A stretch of DNA of 57,168 nt, taken from a virus. Lineage: Duplodnaviria > Caudoviricetes. Both the position numbers and the translations under genes were made by a program. This document shows positions 36,759 through 46,652 of this stretch, piece by piece. Under the pieces are notes generated by a model, which saw only the letters and a list, made by a program, of their open reading frames with translations, did no database searches and was not told where the DNA came from. Location: IMG/VR virus record IMGVR_UViG_3300002855_000221, positions 1 to 57,168 of that record. One strand, written 5' to 3'. The number at the start of each line of letters is the position of its first letter. Within the stretch, counting starts at the first letter, position 1.

Positions 36759-36764
36759 CTCCCG

Positions 36765-37307
36765 CTAGACGTACATGTCAATGAATGCTTGTTGCTGTTG
36801 TGTCAGTTTTTCTTCTGCTTGGTCCAAGCCGTTACTAATCCTGTACTCCTTCCAAAGAGCAAGAAGTTTAACAGGCGTACAACGCCAAAAAACCGCCTCC
36901 GACATGTTCAAGAGTACGGTTCCTATGAAGTAAAAACGGGTCCAGTTCCACTCGCCCTTTTCTGATGATGAGTTGGTCTGTTTCGGTGTTTCGGTGTCGT
37001 CTTTATTCAATCCGGTCCACGCTGTAAGAAAGGCCCGAAGTATATTCATCTTCACATTCAGTTTCCCAGCTAAATCTAGGGAGTTGTAATGATTGAGTAT
37101 TGATTCTTCTAATTCGGGCCTCTCTTCTTCGTGCAGAAGTCCAGCCCACAAAAAATTGATAACATCTTGTTCACTCATCTGTGAACTCACATCAAAAAAA
37201 GCATCAAATGATCCATACAATTGTTCCAATTCGTACACGGCACCCAAATCAAAAACGAGATATCGCTTTTTATCAAGCACGATGGGGTGCTTTTTCACCT
37301 TCATCAT
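36765..37307 (-). CDS. Tail assembly chaperone
   Basis: LDKKRYLVFDLGA...; LNMSEAVFWRCTP; immediately upstream of the tape measure gene. Confidence 0.7.
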   Translation of the reverse strand: MMKVKKHPIVLDKKRYLVFDLGAVYELEQLYGSFDAFFDVSSQMSEQDVINFLWAGLLHEEERPELEESILNHYNSLDLAGKLNVKMNILRAFLTAWTGLNKDDTETPKQTNSSSEKGEWNWTRFYFIGTVLLNMSEAVFWRCTPVKLLALWKEYRISNGLDQAEEKLTQQQQAFIDMYV

Positions 37308-37380
37308 ATAGTTTCCTCCAATACAAAAAGAGAGGCGGTATATTCCCTCCTCTCTTGGTGCATGAAATACCCAAATCAGT

Positions 37381-38598
37381 TCACTTGAAAGTCAGCAGGT
37401 AATCTCGAACCGCACTGGCTGCTGCGTTGTCATGACCGAATGTGTTTGGGTGTGTCCCATCATCAGTAGCCTTTTGCGGGGAAACCTTCCATAAGCCACT
37501 CTCAGGGGAAGACTCCCAACCTGCATTGGGGTCCACTCCTACAACATCATCAGTGTTGTTCATAATCCAAGCATTTAGCTTCCCTCGTGTACTATTAGCT
37601 CCTGGACCGAAGTGTTCATTAATCGGTGTTTGTTTTTCGAGAGTAGCCCAGCCATCGGTTGAATTTGTTCTCGGGTTAACAGTTACCTGAACTGTCTTTA
37701 TTCCTCGATCCCAGAATAGTCTGTGAATGGTTAACAAATCGTCACGGATAGACTCGAATGTCCGATGTGCATCTGATAAATCATTGCTAGCATATTGCAC
37801 AACGACAAGGTCACAACTTTCCAGCAGTTCTACGCGTTTACCTCTTCGGGTCATATTTGCAAAGTCTGCTGCGCGCTGACCATTCATTGCAGCGGTAAGA
37901 TACCCCCAGCCTGCCATCATGGCCCCCATCTGCAGATATCCAATCTCTCCCTGGGGATGCCCTTCCCAAACAGTGTTAGCTCTTCCGGTGCCGTTTGCAC
38001 TACTACTACCTACAATACCGATTGTCTTAAAGCTTGATTCGGCTGCTGTTGGCGTTGCATACAATGCCAGAGGAGTTAATCCATATAAAGTGCCAGCTAC
38101 TGGTGTAACTGCTCCTGCTTTAGCGGTGGCATCTCCAACGGTGTACCCTTCATTATTTGGTGAACTGAAGAGTAGCAGCCCTCTAGGGTGTTTCTCACCC
38201 GGTTTTTGTAAGATATGCGCTCGTACCCAGAACACATCGTTCTTTTTGAAGGTAACATCAGGCAATGGATCTGTAGCCACTAAAGCGCCCACATCTACTC
38301 TTCTTACCATATCCCCCTTGTTGAATGTGAGAGGATATACATTGCCGTTATAATAAATGGACAACTTTAGGTCGTAGGGAGCAAGGTCAATAGTTCGCCC
38401 ATCATTATAAAAGTTGCCGAACACTAAAACCAACCCGTAACAATCGGCTAAAACCTCATGCTTAGATTGATACGTAATATCGGTATTTGTACCATCGGAG
38501 GTTGTACTATAATATTTGCCTCGAGAGATTGCAGGGACACTTCTCTTGGGTTGGTGTAGATTTGCCAGCCGTGCAAGCGCTACTCTTCCGAAATCCAC
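37381..38598 (-). CDS. SGNH/GDSL hydrolase-domain protein
   Basis: VGSSSANG (block I variant), YASND (block III), DGTHPNTFGH (block V). Confidence 0.75.
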   Translation of the reverse strand: MDFGRVALARLANLHQPKRSVPAISRGKYYSTTSDGTNTDITYQSKHEVLADCYGLVLVFGNFYNDGRTIDLAPYDLKLSIYYNGNVYPLTFNKGDMVRRVDVGALVATDPLPDVTFKKNDVFWVRAHILQKPGEKHPRGLLLFSSPNNEGYTVGDATAKAGAVTPVAGTLYGLTPLALYATPTAAESSFKTIGIVGSSSANGTGRANTVWEGHPQGEIGYLQMGAMMAGWGYLTAAMNGQRAADFANMTRRGKRVELLESCDLVVVQYASNDLSDAHRTFESIRDDLLTIHRLFWDRGIKTVQVTVNPRTNSTDGWATLEKQTPINEHFGPGANSTRGKLNAWIMNNTDDVVGVDPNAGWESSPESGLWKVSPQKATDDGTHPNTFGHDNAAASAVRDYLLTFK

Positions 38599-38599
38599 C

Positions 38600-39070
38600 T
38601 CACGTCACCGCCTTCCCCTTGATCGTCACGTTACCGCCTTTGACTGCACCGATCCGGGTACGGAATGAGTATCCTGCCGGAACCTCAACTTGCCAACTCT
38701 CCGGGGCCGAGTTACTACCGCCAGTACACTGTGAGTCAAACTTAGTTGCATCTGTAACACTGAAGGCCGTAACAGGCATGTATTTACCACTCGGTCCGGC
38801 CAACTCGAAAAAGACTGTTCTGCTGGTGCTCGTACCAGTGATTTCGAAAGTTAAGACACAGTTACCGTTCGTAGGAGAAAACGGAGCTCCGTTATTATCA
38901 TTAGAGGCAGCATCTTGTAGGGTGACATCTTGGGGGAAATTCCTAACATATACGTGGGAAGCCCCTTTCGTTCCCTGGGTCACTTCGTAATCATCAATTT
39001 CCTGACTGTAATGCTGAGGTGCTAGTAACCCACCTTTCGCTGTTTTTAGGGTCTTATCATTAGCAGCCAT
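38600..39070 (-). CDS. Hypothetical beta-rich protein (possible virion accessory)
   Basis: RBS GGAGGG; 1 bp from the SGNH gene. Confidence 0.7.
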   Translation of the reverse strand: MAANDKTLKTAKGGLLAPQHYSQEIDDYEVTQGTKGASHVYVRNFPQDVTLQDAASNDNNGAPFSPTNGNCVLTFEITGTSTSRTVFFELAGPSGKYMPVTAFSVTDATKFDSQCTGGSNSAPESWQVEVPAGYSFRTRIGAVKGGNVTIKGKAVT

Positions 39071-39126
39071 TTACGTTTTCCCTCCATCCAAAAAATTGGG
39101 CGGCCGGAGCCGCCTGAAATAATAAG

Positions 39127-39189
39127 AACGATCTTTTTATCAATCATTTAGTTGTCTTAACTGGCTGCCTTGGAGATAAAAAGATCGTT
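39127..39189. repeat. 15-bp perfect inverted repeat after the major tail gene
   Basis: AACGATCTTTTTATC ... GATAAAAAGATCGTT. Confidence 0.85.
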
Positions 39190-39799
39190 AGGGGTTTGGG
39201 ACTGCATCCGCAGAAGGAACAGCAGTAAACCAAGAATCAATTAAGGCCGCACTGGCCGGATTATTGCTGTCTGCTCGAAATCTCCAGTGACCATCGTACA
39301 ACCGTCTTAGGAACGTGGCTGAGATGGTCGGTGTCTGGAAGGAAACTTCCTCTTGTTTTGTTTGTGCTTCTTCTGCTGGCAGCTGAAATTTACCTTTTAA
39401 CAGCCATACATAAACATAGCTGCCGTCACTCATTGTTCTCCGGTATCCAAGAGCAACTTCAGGTGCTTGGTCATCGGAATTATCGATCAACAATCCGTCA
39501 CTGTTGATTGTGGAACCGAGCAGATCAGCTTGAGTTTCCAAAGGAAGTGCAGCCACACCAATCTCGACAGTAATTGGGCCCAATGCGTTTGCTGTTACAA
39601 TAGGTCCGTCATTACCATTGAGGGTGGATGAGTTAACAGTAGGTGTGATGTTCGCGGTGATAGCTGGCAGCATCATTTTCGGAGTGTCGTACTCGATCCC
39701 TGTTGCATCATCTTTGATGAGTTTGGCATAGTAAATATCTTTCAGACCTACAGGTACAGCAAGTTGGTTTTGTCCTGCCATAATTAGATCAACCTCCAA
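39188..39799 (-). CDS. Major tail protein (phi13 family)
   Basis: VGLKDIYYA...PEVALGY...VWLLKGKF; probable start MAGQNQ. Confidence 0.9.
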   Translation of the reverse strand: MEVDLIMAGQNQLAVPVGLKDIYYAKLIKDDATGIEYDTPKMMLPAITANITPTVNSSTLNGNDGPIVTANALGPITVEIGVAALPLETQADLLGSTINSDGLLIDNSDDQAPEVALGYRRTMSDGSYVYVWLLKGKFQLPAEEAQTKQEEVSFQTPTISATFLRRLYDGHWRFRADSNNPASAALIDSWFTAVPSADAVPNP

Positions 39800-40160
39800 G
39801 TTTAATAGCTTTGTATCTCAAAATTTTTCTGAATCGTTTTGGCGTAGAATCATTGTCATATCCGTCAAGCGAGGAAGTACGCACAAATTCAAGCTCTTCC
39901 ATCGTCCGGTTCAATTCCTGGACAAATGGACCCGTGTTATGTGGGGTCCAGATGTCAAAATGGAAGTGAATTTCGCTAGAAAGTGCTTGATCGCTAGCAT
40001 AGTCCTTGTCAAAGTTCGTGATTTCTTGGTACGTGATGTAAGAGGGGAGGCTTTCATCCGGTGAACTCATCGGATAGATGTGATCGCCCCCCAACAAAGA
40101 AACAAGCGCTGCATTTTTTAGCAGCGCTTGCGTTATTTCAGGATGGAGATCGATGTACAT
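39789..40160 (-). CDS. Tail terminator/completion protein
   Basis: PSYITYQEI...FDIW; position in module. Confidence 0.75.
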   Translation of the reverse strand: MYIDLHPEITQALLKNAALVSLLGGDHIYPMSSPDESLPSYITYQEITNFDKDYASDQALSSEIHFHFDIWTPHNTGPFVQELNRTMEELEFVRTSSLDGYDNDSTPKRFRKILRYKAIKLGG

Positions 40161-40546
40161 CAGTCCATTCCCCCTCTCATATAGCTGGCGAGAAGTTGAG
40201 AGACACGTTGTTTATTCTCATGGAAAGCTGGATAAATGAACGGCTGTGCGGGGTGCTGTCTTGTACCGATTTCAAGGAAATGAGCTCTCCACCCCGTCTT
40301 TATGCCAGGACCAATATTCACATAGCGCATCCCCATGTCTCTCCGGACATTGCTCACCTTGATGTCATCCTCCATGTGCAGATGCTTGATGTTACTGACT
40401 GCCACCTTTTCGCGTTGAGATTCTGCGAATATCTCTCCTCCTGCCCGTAGGCCTTGATTTTCTAGGCGTTCTACGCCTGATTTCAGTTTCTGGCGGATAG
40501 ATTGAAGCATTTGGTTGCTCCCGATGAGATCAACACCACTACGCAT
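40160..40546 (-). CDS. HK97 gp10-like protein
   Basis: AHFLEIGT...AQPFIYPAF. Confidence 0.85.
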   Translation of the reverse strand: MRSGVDLIGSNQMLQSIRQKLKSGVERLENQGLRAGGEIFAESQREKVAVSNIKHLHMEDDIKVSNVRRDMGMRYVNIGPGIKTGWRAHFLEIGTRQHPAQPFIYPAFHENKQRVSQLLASYMRGGMD

Positions 40547-40904
40547 TGGAAGTCACCGCAGCCACAATGTGGGTTTCAGTTCGATCATCAAAGACGTCAT
40601 CAAGGACTGCCTTTATTTCATAAGAGCGCTTATCCTTTTTGTCATACAGCCGCATATCCTCCGTGATCCCTTCCCGGTACCAAATCTTATATCGAACAGT
40701 CAGCTCAGCATGATCTGCCCCTGCCGCAAAGAACTCCCTGCCGCGCATAGGCTCCCTGAAGGCCCAAACTGTAACAATGTCCTTCCATTCATGCTCATTC
40801 GGGGTCGGGAAGTTCGCTTCGTCTCGCTTCACTTCTTTTAATTGGAAGGTAACTCGGCGGTTTAAATCATTCGTCTGTAGGCGCTTCGCCATCTGAATCA
40901 CCAT
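40539..40904 (-). CDS. Head closure / head-tail adaptor
   Basis: LNRRVTFQ...TVWA...GREFFAA...GITEDMR. Confidence 0.88.
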   Translation of the reverse strand: MVIQMAKRLQTNDLNRRVTFQLKEVKRDEANFPTPNEHEWKDIVTVWAFREPMRGREFFAAGADHAELTVRYKIWYREGITEDMRLYDKKDKRSYEIKAVLDDVFDDRTETHIVAAVTSNA

Positions 40905-41172
40905 CCGTCTTCACGTCGGCATCCTTTTTCTTGCGCCCACGCTTCTTTGGAGTTCCGTCGGTGACTTCGTCATCGGCTTTAGGCTTGTCCTCGCTTTCTT
41001 TTTCACTGCTCGGAGCCTGTGCTTCTGGGACAGCTTTAATAAAGCCCAATTGAATCAATTGATCCGCACGTTCTTTATTCGGTGGAGTATGGGGCTCTCC
41101 CGGGCGGCAATATCGGCCACCGTCGAATCTATCCGTGAAGTCCTTAAGAACGACATACTTCACAGGTATCAC
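40867..41172 (-). CDS. Hypothetical head-module protein
   Basis: YVVLKDFTD...ERADQLIQLGFI. Confidence 0.7.
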   Translation of the reverse strand: MIPVKYVVLKDFTDRFDGGRYCRPGEPHTPPNKERADQLIQLGFIKAVPEAQAPSSEKESEDKPKADDEVTDGTPKKRGRKKKDADVKTDGDSDGEAPTDE

Positions 41173-41179
41173 CTTCCTT

Positions 41180-41443
41180 TCAAATGCCTGTTTTTAATTG
41201 CAAAATGATGCTTGTGAGAGACTTTTTGACCCGTTCGACCTCTTTTTCTTCCCGAGCCCTTTCTTGATGGACACGGAGCATTACGGCGAGGTCGTAAAGC
41301 TTAGAGCCTTCTCCCGCTTCCGGTTTCTTAACGCCTGCGTTTTTCAGGTACTCCTTTGCAGCATCAAGTAAAAGAGCGAGGACAATATCGTCCTCGCTCC
41401 CATCAATTCGCAGATATGATTTTAGTAATTCCAGGTCTGCCAT
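41180..41443 (-). CDS. Head-tail connector (gp6-like)
   Basis: LKSYLRIDGSEDD...AAKEYL...SIILQL. Confidence 0.88.
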   Translation of the reverse strand: MADLELLKSYLRIDGSEDDIVLALLLDAAKEYLKNAGVKKPEAGEGSKLYDLAVMLRVHQERAREEKEVERVKKSLTSIILQLKTGI

Positions 41444-41458
41444 ATGCGGGCTCCTCCC

Positions 41459-41749
41459 TTATGGATTAGGTACCCAGTCCAAAGACGCTGTGTATAGCTT
41501 GCCGGTGGTGGTCAGAACCTCAAAATCATACTTTCCTGCCGGGTTTGTAGCAGCAAACCAAAGTGTTTCCTGGTCATCAGGCTTAAAATTCTCCCCGTCT
41601 TTCTTGATGTAAACCACCGATCCAGCGGCGAGGGAAATTCGCGCCCCTTCTCCATCCAACAGCTCGAACTCGGTGTTGTTCACACCATCACGCTCGCCCT
41701 CTCGGCCAGTTGGATGCCATGTTGCTGGCGAAGAGGCTACTTCTTTTTT
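41459..41749 (-). CDS. C-terminal extension of major capsid protein via -1 frameshift
   Basis: A AAA AAG slippery site at 41743-41749 plus a downstream hairpin; the -1 frame stays open to 41459. Confidence 0.7.
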   Translation of the reverse strand, partial: KKEVASSPATWHPTGREGERDGVNNTEFELLDGEGARISLAAGSVVYIKKDGENFKPDDQETLWFAATNPAGKYDFEVLTTTGKLYTASLDWVPNP

Positions 41750-42879
41750 GCGATACGGAATGCGGACTTCAGTTTGATTTGATGATCGATCCAAGCCGTC
41801 AACACGAAATCCCAGATACCAGTACGAACGTTTTTATCACGGTCGTAAATGATCTCTGGGTCATAGTTGAAGTGAGAATAACGGAAATCACCAACAACAG
41901 GATCAACTGCCATGTCACAGAATTCAACCGGCTTGCCGAGAATTTGTTCCGGCTGCGCTTGGTACAGAGTGGCGTTTCCATTCGCCAGCGTTTCAATGAT
42001 GTCCATGTAATCGATGTAACGCATAACGATGGTTGCATTTTCACGGTAGTCCTCGTGCAAATCAGCAACGGCTGCTTTAATTGCGGCATAACGTGTCGCA
42101 CCTGTCACCTCTTTGATAACAGAGGCCCCACCCGCATCTTTTTGGTAGAAGCTCATATGCTCCTCACCCGTCTTTGGAGTGGTCGCAAACGATACTTTCT
42201 TCTCCTTGGCTGCCAAGCCGGAACGAAGGGCCGCTTCCACCGTCTCTACCAGATTGGTGTCAGTAGCTGCGAGAACAGTTTCGGATACCGGAGCAAACAC
42301 TTTAAATTTGTGCCGACCGAAATTGACCACATCACCAGTTGCCTTGAGTTCTTTGGCGATCTCGGTATCTTCAATAAAGTCATCATCGTCCAGTGCAAAG
42401 TCCACCTTCGGAATCTCAAGATTTGTAACGCTGGTGAACGTCGAGACATCACGAAGTGGATTCTTTACGAACGGCTCATGCAGAAGCTCTGTCGTCATTG
42501 TGGACGGCAGAATTTTTTCACCGCCTGTGCTGTTGCCATCGCCCAGTGCTGCCTTAATTTCTCCAGGCACCGATTCGCCCCGGATGGTAGCTCTAATCAA
42601 GGATGCTTTTGCTGCAGTAGCTTTTACTTTTGGATCAGCAGAGCTTTGAATAGGGTTTTTATTCAGGCTCTGCATTTGCTCTGCTTGCATCGCATCATGT
42701 TCTCTTTGCAGGATGTCAAAACGAGCCTGCAGATTTGACTCTTTCGTTTCAAGAGCCTTGATATCATCTACACTTGCATTTGGGTCCGCAGCCTTTGCTA
42801 ATTTTTCTTGTTTCGCGGAAGACAATGCTGCCCCGATTGTGATCAAATCATTTTTAATATCAAAAAGCGTTTTAGCCAT
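41737..42879 (-). CDS. Major capsid protein (HK97 fold)
   Basis: Start MAKTLF after GGAGGG; coiled-coil delta domain; GGEKILP, ILGKPV. Confidence 0.93.
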   Translation of the reverse strand: MAKTLFDIKNDLITIGAALSSAKQEKLAKAADPNASVDDIKALETKESNLQARFDILQREHDAMQAEQMQSLNKNPIQSSADPKVKATAAKASLIRATIRGESVPGEIKAALGDGNSTGGEKILPSTMTTELLHEPFVKNPLRDVSTFTSVTNLEIPKVDFALDDDDFIEDTEIAKELKATGDVVNFGRHKFKVFAPVSETVLAATDTNLVETVEAALRSGLAAKEKKVSFATTPKTGEEHMSFYQKDAGGASVIKEVTGATRYAAIKAAVADLHEDYRENATIVMRYIDYMDIIETLANGNATLYQAQPEQILGKPVEFCDMAVDPVVGDFRYSHFNYDPEIIYDRDKNVRTGIWDFVLTAWIDHQIKLKSAFRIAKKK

Positions 42880-43639
42880 GAATAATTCCCTCCAAATATG
42901 AATTAATATTTTGAATTTCAAATGGTGCCGAATCCATGATGCGCTGGCGTTGCTTATCTTGAGCTTGAGCCTGTATATTTCCGACTCCCTGCTTGTTGTT
43001 GATCACGAAGTCCTCCGGCACATTGCGGTAATGTGCGAACAGCTCGTCACTGATACACGCTGCTGCTTGGCTCGCTTCCCCAACCACGTCACATAAGCCG
43101 TAGTCGTAACATTCCTGAGCGGAAAGCCACGTCTCGGCGTTTAGAAGTTCGGTCAATTTGTCCTCTGCCAGCTTGTCACCAGCACGTTCTAGGTATGTTT
43201 GCTTCATGCTGATTCCAATTCGATCAAGATCATCAGCCGCTTTCCGGAGCTCGGCAGCGTTCCCCCAGGTGAAGGTCCATGGATTATGGATCATCATCAT
43301 GGCGTTACGTGGCATATGAATCTCGTCTCCAGCCATTGCGATTACAGATGCAATGGAAGCCGCTAAACCATCCACATGCACAACAACCCGGGCTTTGTGG
43401 CGTTTAAGGATGTTATGAATCGTCACCCCTTCAAACACCGACCCGCCCGGGCTGTTAATGTAAAGCTGTAGCGTATGGATATCACCTTGCGCGTCCAAGT
43501 CCCTTTTGAAACTGTTGGCGCTGGTATCGGAATCATCCCATTCCCATGAAGTTATATCCCCGTAGATGTAGAGCTCACCTTCGCCCTCACGGGCAGCAGC
43601 TTTGAAGCTCCAATAAGGCTTTTTCTCGTTCTTTTTCAC
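42872..43639 (-). CDS. ClpP-like prohead protease
   Basis: INSPGGSV, DGLAASIAS, MIHNPW, ETWLSA. Confidence 0.95.
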   Translation of the reverse strand: MKKNEKKPYWSFKAAAREGEGELYIYGDITSWEWDDSDTSANSFKRDLDAQGDIHTLQLYINSPGGSVFEGVTIHNILKRHKARVVVHVDGLAASIASVIAMAGDEIHMPRNAMMMIHNPWTFTWGNAAELRKAADDLDRIGISMKQTYLERAGDKLAEDKLTELLNAETWLSAQECYDYGLCDVVGEASQAAACISDELFAHYRNVPEDFVINNKQGVGNIQAQAQDKQRQRIMDSAPFEIQNINSYLEGIIHG

Positions 43640-44865
43640 GTTTTACTCACCCCCTTTCCCCGGTTTTTTCGCTCGGAAACGGGCAGATCAATCGGATATA
43701 GGTCCCCGCTAATAAACAGCTTGTCTCCGCCCGGCTCCGGCGGCAGTTCCTCCAGAGCTCGAATTTCGTTCGGCTTGTACCCTCCAGAGCGCATCATTTT
43801 GAAATAGAACTCCCCGCGGGTTTTCATATCTCCACGCAAAAGAGCGTTCACGTTGAACTTGTAATAAAGTCCACGCAAACGCTCTTCGCGGGTAAGCAAT
43901 TTTCGGTTAAATTCCTGCTCGTACTGTCGAACGATCGGCACCATTGTATTGGTCACGTAGTTTAGAGATAGCTGTTCCATGCTGGAATAGCTGACTCCAT
44001 CGGTCTCCCCAAGTAGGAACAATGGAATGTTGTAGACCATTGCAACTCGGGATTTGGTGATTTTCTCGACCTCAAACACCTTGGGATCAATGAAATTTCT
44101 TTGGATCGGCTCGATTTCAACTCCATTTTCCTGAATGAGTACACCGCCATTTTCCTTATAAAACTGTTGGAAATTGGCGTAAATCTCTTTCTTCTTATCC
44201 TCATTGACGTTGGTTGCCATCTTTAAAATGAACGATGCCTTTATCGAGGTGTCCAATTGATCCAATGTGAACTGCCGGACATTCTTGTCAAACTCGATTG
44301 TGTTAGAAAGGACGTCAATTGGATTAATCCCCTTGTATCCTGGACCATGTATGTGCTTCACATGAATCATGTCCATGCTGTGCACGTAATACTGTCCTTT
44401 AGGTCCATAAACGCAGTACCAGAGCTCATTAGTGTCCTGTTCTACGACCGGTTCAACATAAGCCGGATCAAGGATCAGAAGGGAACTGAGTTGAAACCTG
44501 GCATCATACATTTTCAGTGCGTAGGCATTACCGTGAGTATTTCTAATCACTTCCATTGTCCGGATGAAATCGAACCCGGTCATGTTGTTATTAGGTGCAT
44601 TCGCGATCATATCAGCCGTCGGAGATGTGACAGGTGCAAAATCCTGGTATAGCTTCAACGGCAGGGATGCCATTGAATTGGACAGCCTAGTGACCGCAGC
44701 GAATATGGTTTCGTTCGTTGCAAGCGTACTTCCGGACTTTCCTTGAAATATCGATCGCCCTCGGAAGAACCATTTTTCAAAGCCCGCTGCAACTGCTTTG
44801 AAGTCGTTACGGACGATATTCCAGGCCAATCTTACTCTTTGTCGTAGTTTCAAAGCTTTCCTCAC
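43636..44865 (-). CDS. Portal protein (HK97 family)
   Basis: GNAYA, DMIHVK, FNVNALLRGD, NEIRALEELPP..GGD. Confidence 0.95.
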   Translation of the reverse strand: MRKALKLRQRVRLAWNIVRNDFKAVAAGFEKWFFRGRSIFQGKSGSTLATNETIFAAVTRLSNSMASLPLKLYQDFAPVTSPTADMIANAPNNNMTGFDFIRTMEVIRNTHGNAYALKMYDARFQLSSLLILDPAYVEPVVEQDTNELWYCVYGPKGQYYVHSMDMIHVKHIHGPGYKGINPIDVLSNTIEFDKNVRQFTLDQLDTSIKASFILKMATNVNEDKKKEIYANFQQFYKENGGVLIQENGVEIEPIQRNFIDPKVFEVEKITKSRVAMVYNIPLFLLGETDGVSYSSMEQLSLNYVTNTMVPIVRQYEQEFNRKLLTREERLRGLYYKFNVNALLRGDMKTRGEFYFKMMRSGGYKPNEIRALEELPPEPGGDKLFISGDLYPIDLPVSERKNRGKGVSKT

Positions 44866-46652
44866 CCCCTTTTCAGAAGATCGTTGATACTAACGAATTC
44901 GACTTTCCCGGTCGGTGCTGGTACTGCCAACTTCTTCATGACTTCTACATGCGCATTAATAAAGGCCGCGAAACCGTCAATTTTACGGTAGCGACCTTGC
45001 TTTTTTGGCAGCCGATCCCGCTTCGGATCATTGCCTAATTTGACATTGTTGACATACCACCGGAACATCCTGTTCTTGTTGTAAACGACCTTGCCATCGA
45101 TAAACAATTCTTTTGCATCGTCAACGGCAGGGCCAAGAGTCAACTGGCCTTGTCTGACGACTTCCATTTCAAATCCATACGCCTTCAATGCTTCAACGAG
45201 TTGAAACGCCTTCGCAGGGTCATACATGATTTTTTCGATAGCAAACCGCTTCGATTGCTCAATGAACCAATCATAGACGTACTCTTTTTTGACATACTCA
45301 CCTGGGACAATGGTGACGAACCCCTGCTTTTGCCGCTCATAATATGGAATTTTCTCGTTGTCCATCTTTGCCTTGGCTTCCGGAACCCACGAATGAGAGA
45401 TAACAGCCACTTGCCCAGTCTCGAGGATCGGAAACTCCAGGCATGCACTCGTTAAATCCTCAGAATCGGAAAGGTCAAATCCTCCCACGCAACTCTTTTT
45501 CTCGAGCTCCTCTTCCGGGATCATGTTATTATTTCGATTCAATATTTCCGGAGTAACGAAAGCCTGCTCGCTGTTGTTCATGAAAATGTTGAATTGCTTG
45601 GTGATCCAGTCACTTAATTCCTGTGGTACATGCCTGTCAGTATTGAAATCTTGGATCAATTCAGGAAGGTTCAACGTCACACCGATATTCGGGTTAGCTT
45701 TGATCCACATCGCTGGATTATCAATTTCAGAGATATCATCAAGTTCTGCCATGAAATAAAATTTTCGTTCCTGCTCGGTCTCTCCGGCAAGCACATCTGT
45801 CGCGATCTCGTAATACTCCATTAATGGCCCATCCAATTGATATCCAGCAGTTGTGATGTAAACAACCATTGGCTGCCGACGGGCGGACCAGGAGCGCTTG
45901 ATTACGTTGATCAGCTTAAAATCCTTGAATTCATGGATCTCGTCAAAAATACCAAGGTGTGTGTTCAGTCCATCCAGCTTCTCACTGTCGGATGCACGCG
46001 GTTCGATTTGGCTAAAAGTCTTGGCGTAAAAGATACCCTTTTGATTCTCGCGGAAGCGTCTTTTTAGCGCCGGTGACTTCTTGACCATTGCCCGGGATTC
46101 CTCGAACAATTCACCCGCTTGCTGCTTCGTGTTCGCCAGAACATAGACACGAGCGCCCTCTTCCCCGTCTTTTGACATGGAGAACAGCGACAAACCACTA
46201 ATTTTAGTTGTTTTTCCGTTCTTCCGGCCAATAAAAACAAGCCCTTCGCGAAAGCGTCGGACTTTGGTATCCTTATGAACCCAGCCATAGAGTGAACCAA
46301 TAACAAAGTGCTGCCATGGCTGCAGGATGAGCTTTTCATAGTCACCTTTGGATGGCTTGCAAAACTTCTCGATGAATCCGATCGGCCTGTGAGCCAATTC
46401 CTCGTCAAAGACGTAAGGGAAATCATCAGTACCCTGTCTTTTCAAGTCATTTAGGTGCCGAAAACATGCCTGAATGACCTTTTTACAAGCCGTTATGTGT
46501 CCTTTTACAACCTGCTCTGCATACCAAGTCGTTAGCAAAACCGGGGAAAAGTCATCCAAAATGTGCCGCTTGGCGATCTGTTCTCTTCGCCAATCGTCAT
46601 ACCACTGTTGGATCTTTGTCGGACTAGTAGTCGTCGAAATCGTCATCGTCAT
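44862..46652 (-). CDS. terL: Terminase large subunit
   Basis: GRKNGKT, DEIHE, ITTAG, GFDLS, KIDG. Confidence 0.96.
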   Translation of the reverse strand: MTMTISTTTSPTKIQQWYDDWRREQIAKRHILDDFSPVLLTTWYAEQVVKGHITACKKVIQACFRHLNDLKRQGTDDFPYVFDEELAHRPIGFIEKFCKPSKGDYEKLILQPWQHFVIGSLYGWVHKDTKVRRFREGLVFIGRKNGKTTKISGLSLFSMSKDGEEGARVYVLANTKQQAGELFEESRAMVKKSPALKRRFRENQKGIFYAKTFSQIEPRASDSEKLDGLNTHLGIFDEIHEFKDFKLINVIKRSWSARRQPMVVYITTAGYQLDGPLMEYYEIATDVLAGETEQERKFYFMAELDDISEIDNPAMWIKANPNIGVTLNLPELIQDFNTDRHVPQELSDWITKQFNIFMNNSEQAFVTPEILNRNNNMIPEEELEKKSCVGGFDLSDSEDLTSACLEFPILETGQVAVISHSWVPEAKAKMDNEKIPYYERQKQGFVTIVPGEYVKKEYVYDWFIEQSKRFAIEKIMYDPAKAFQLVEALKAYGFEMEVVRQGQLTLGPAVDDAKELFIDGKVVYNKNRMFRWYVNNVKLGNDPKRDRLPKKQGRYRKIDGFAAFINAHVEVMKKLAVPAPTGKVEFVSINDLLKRG

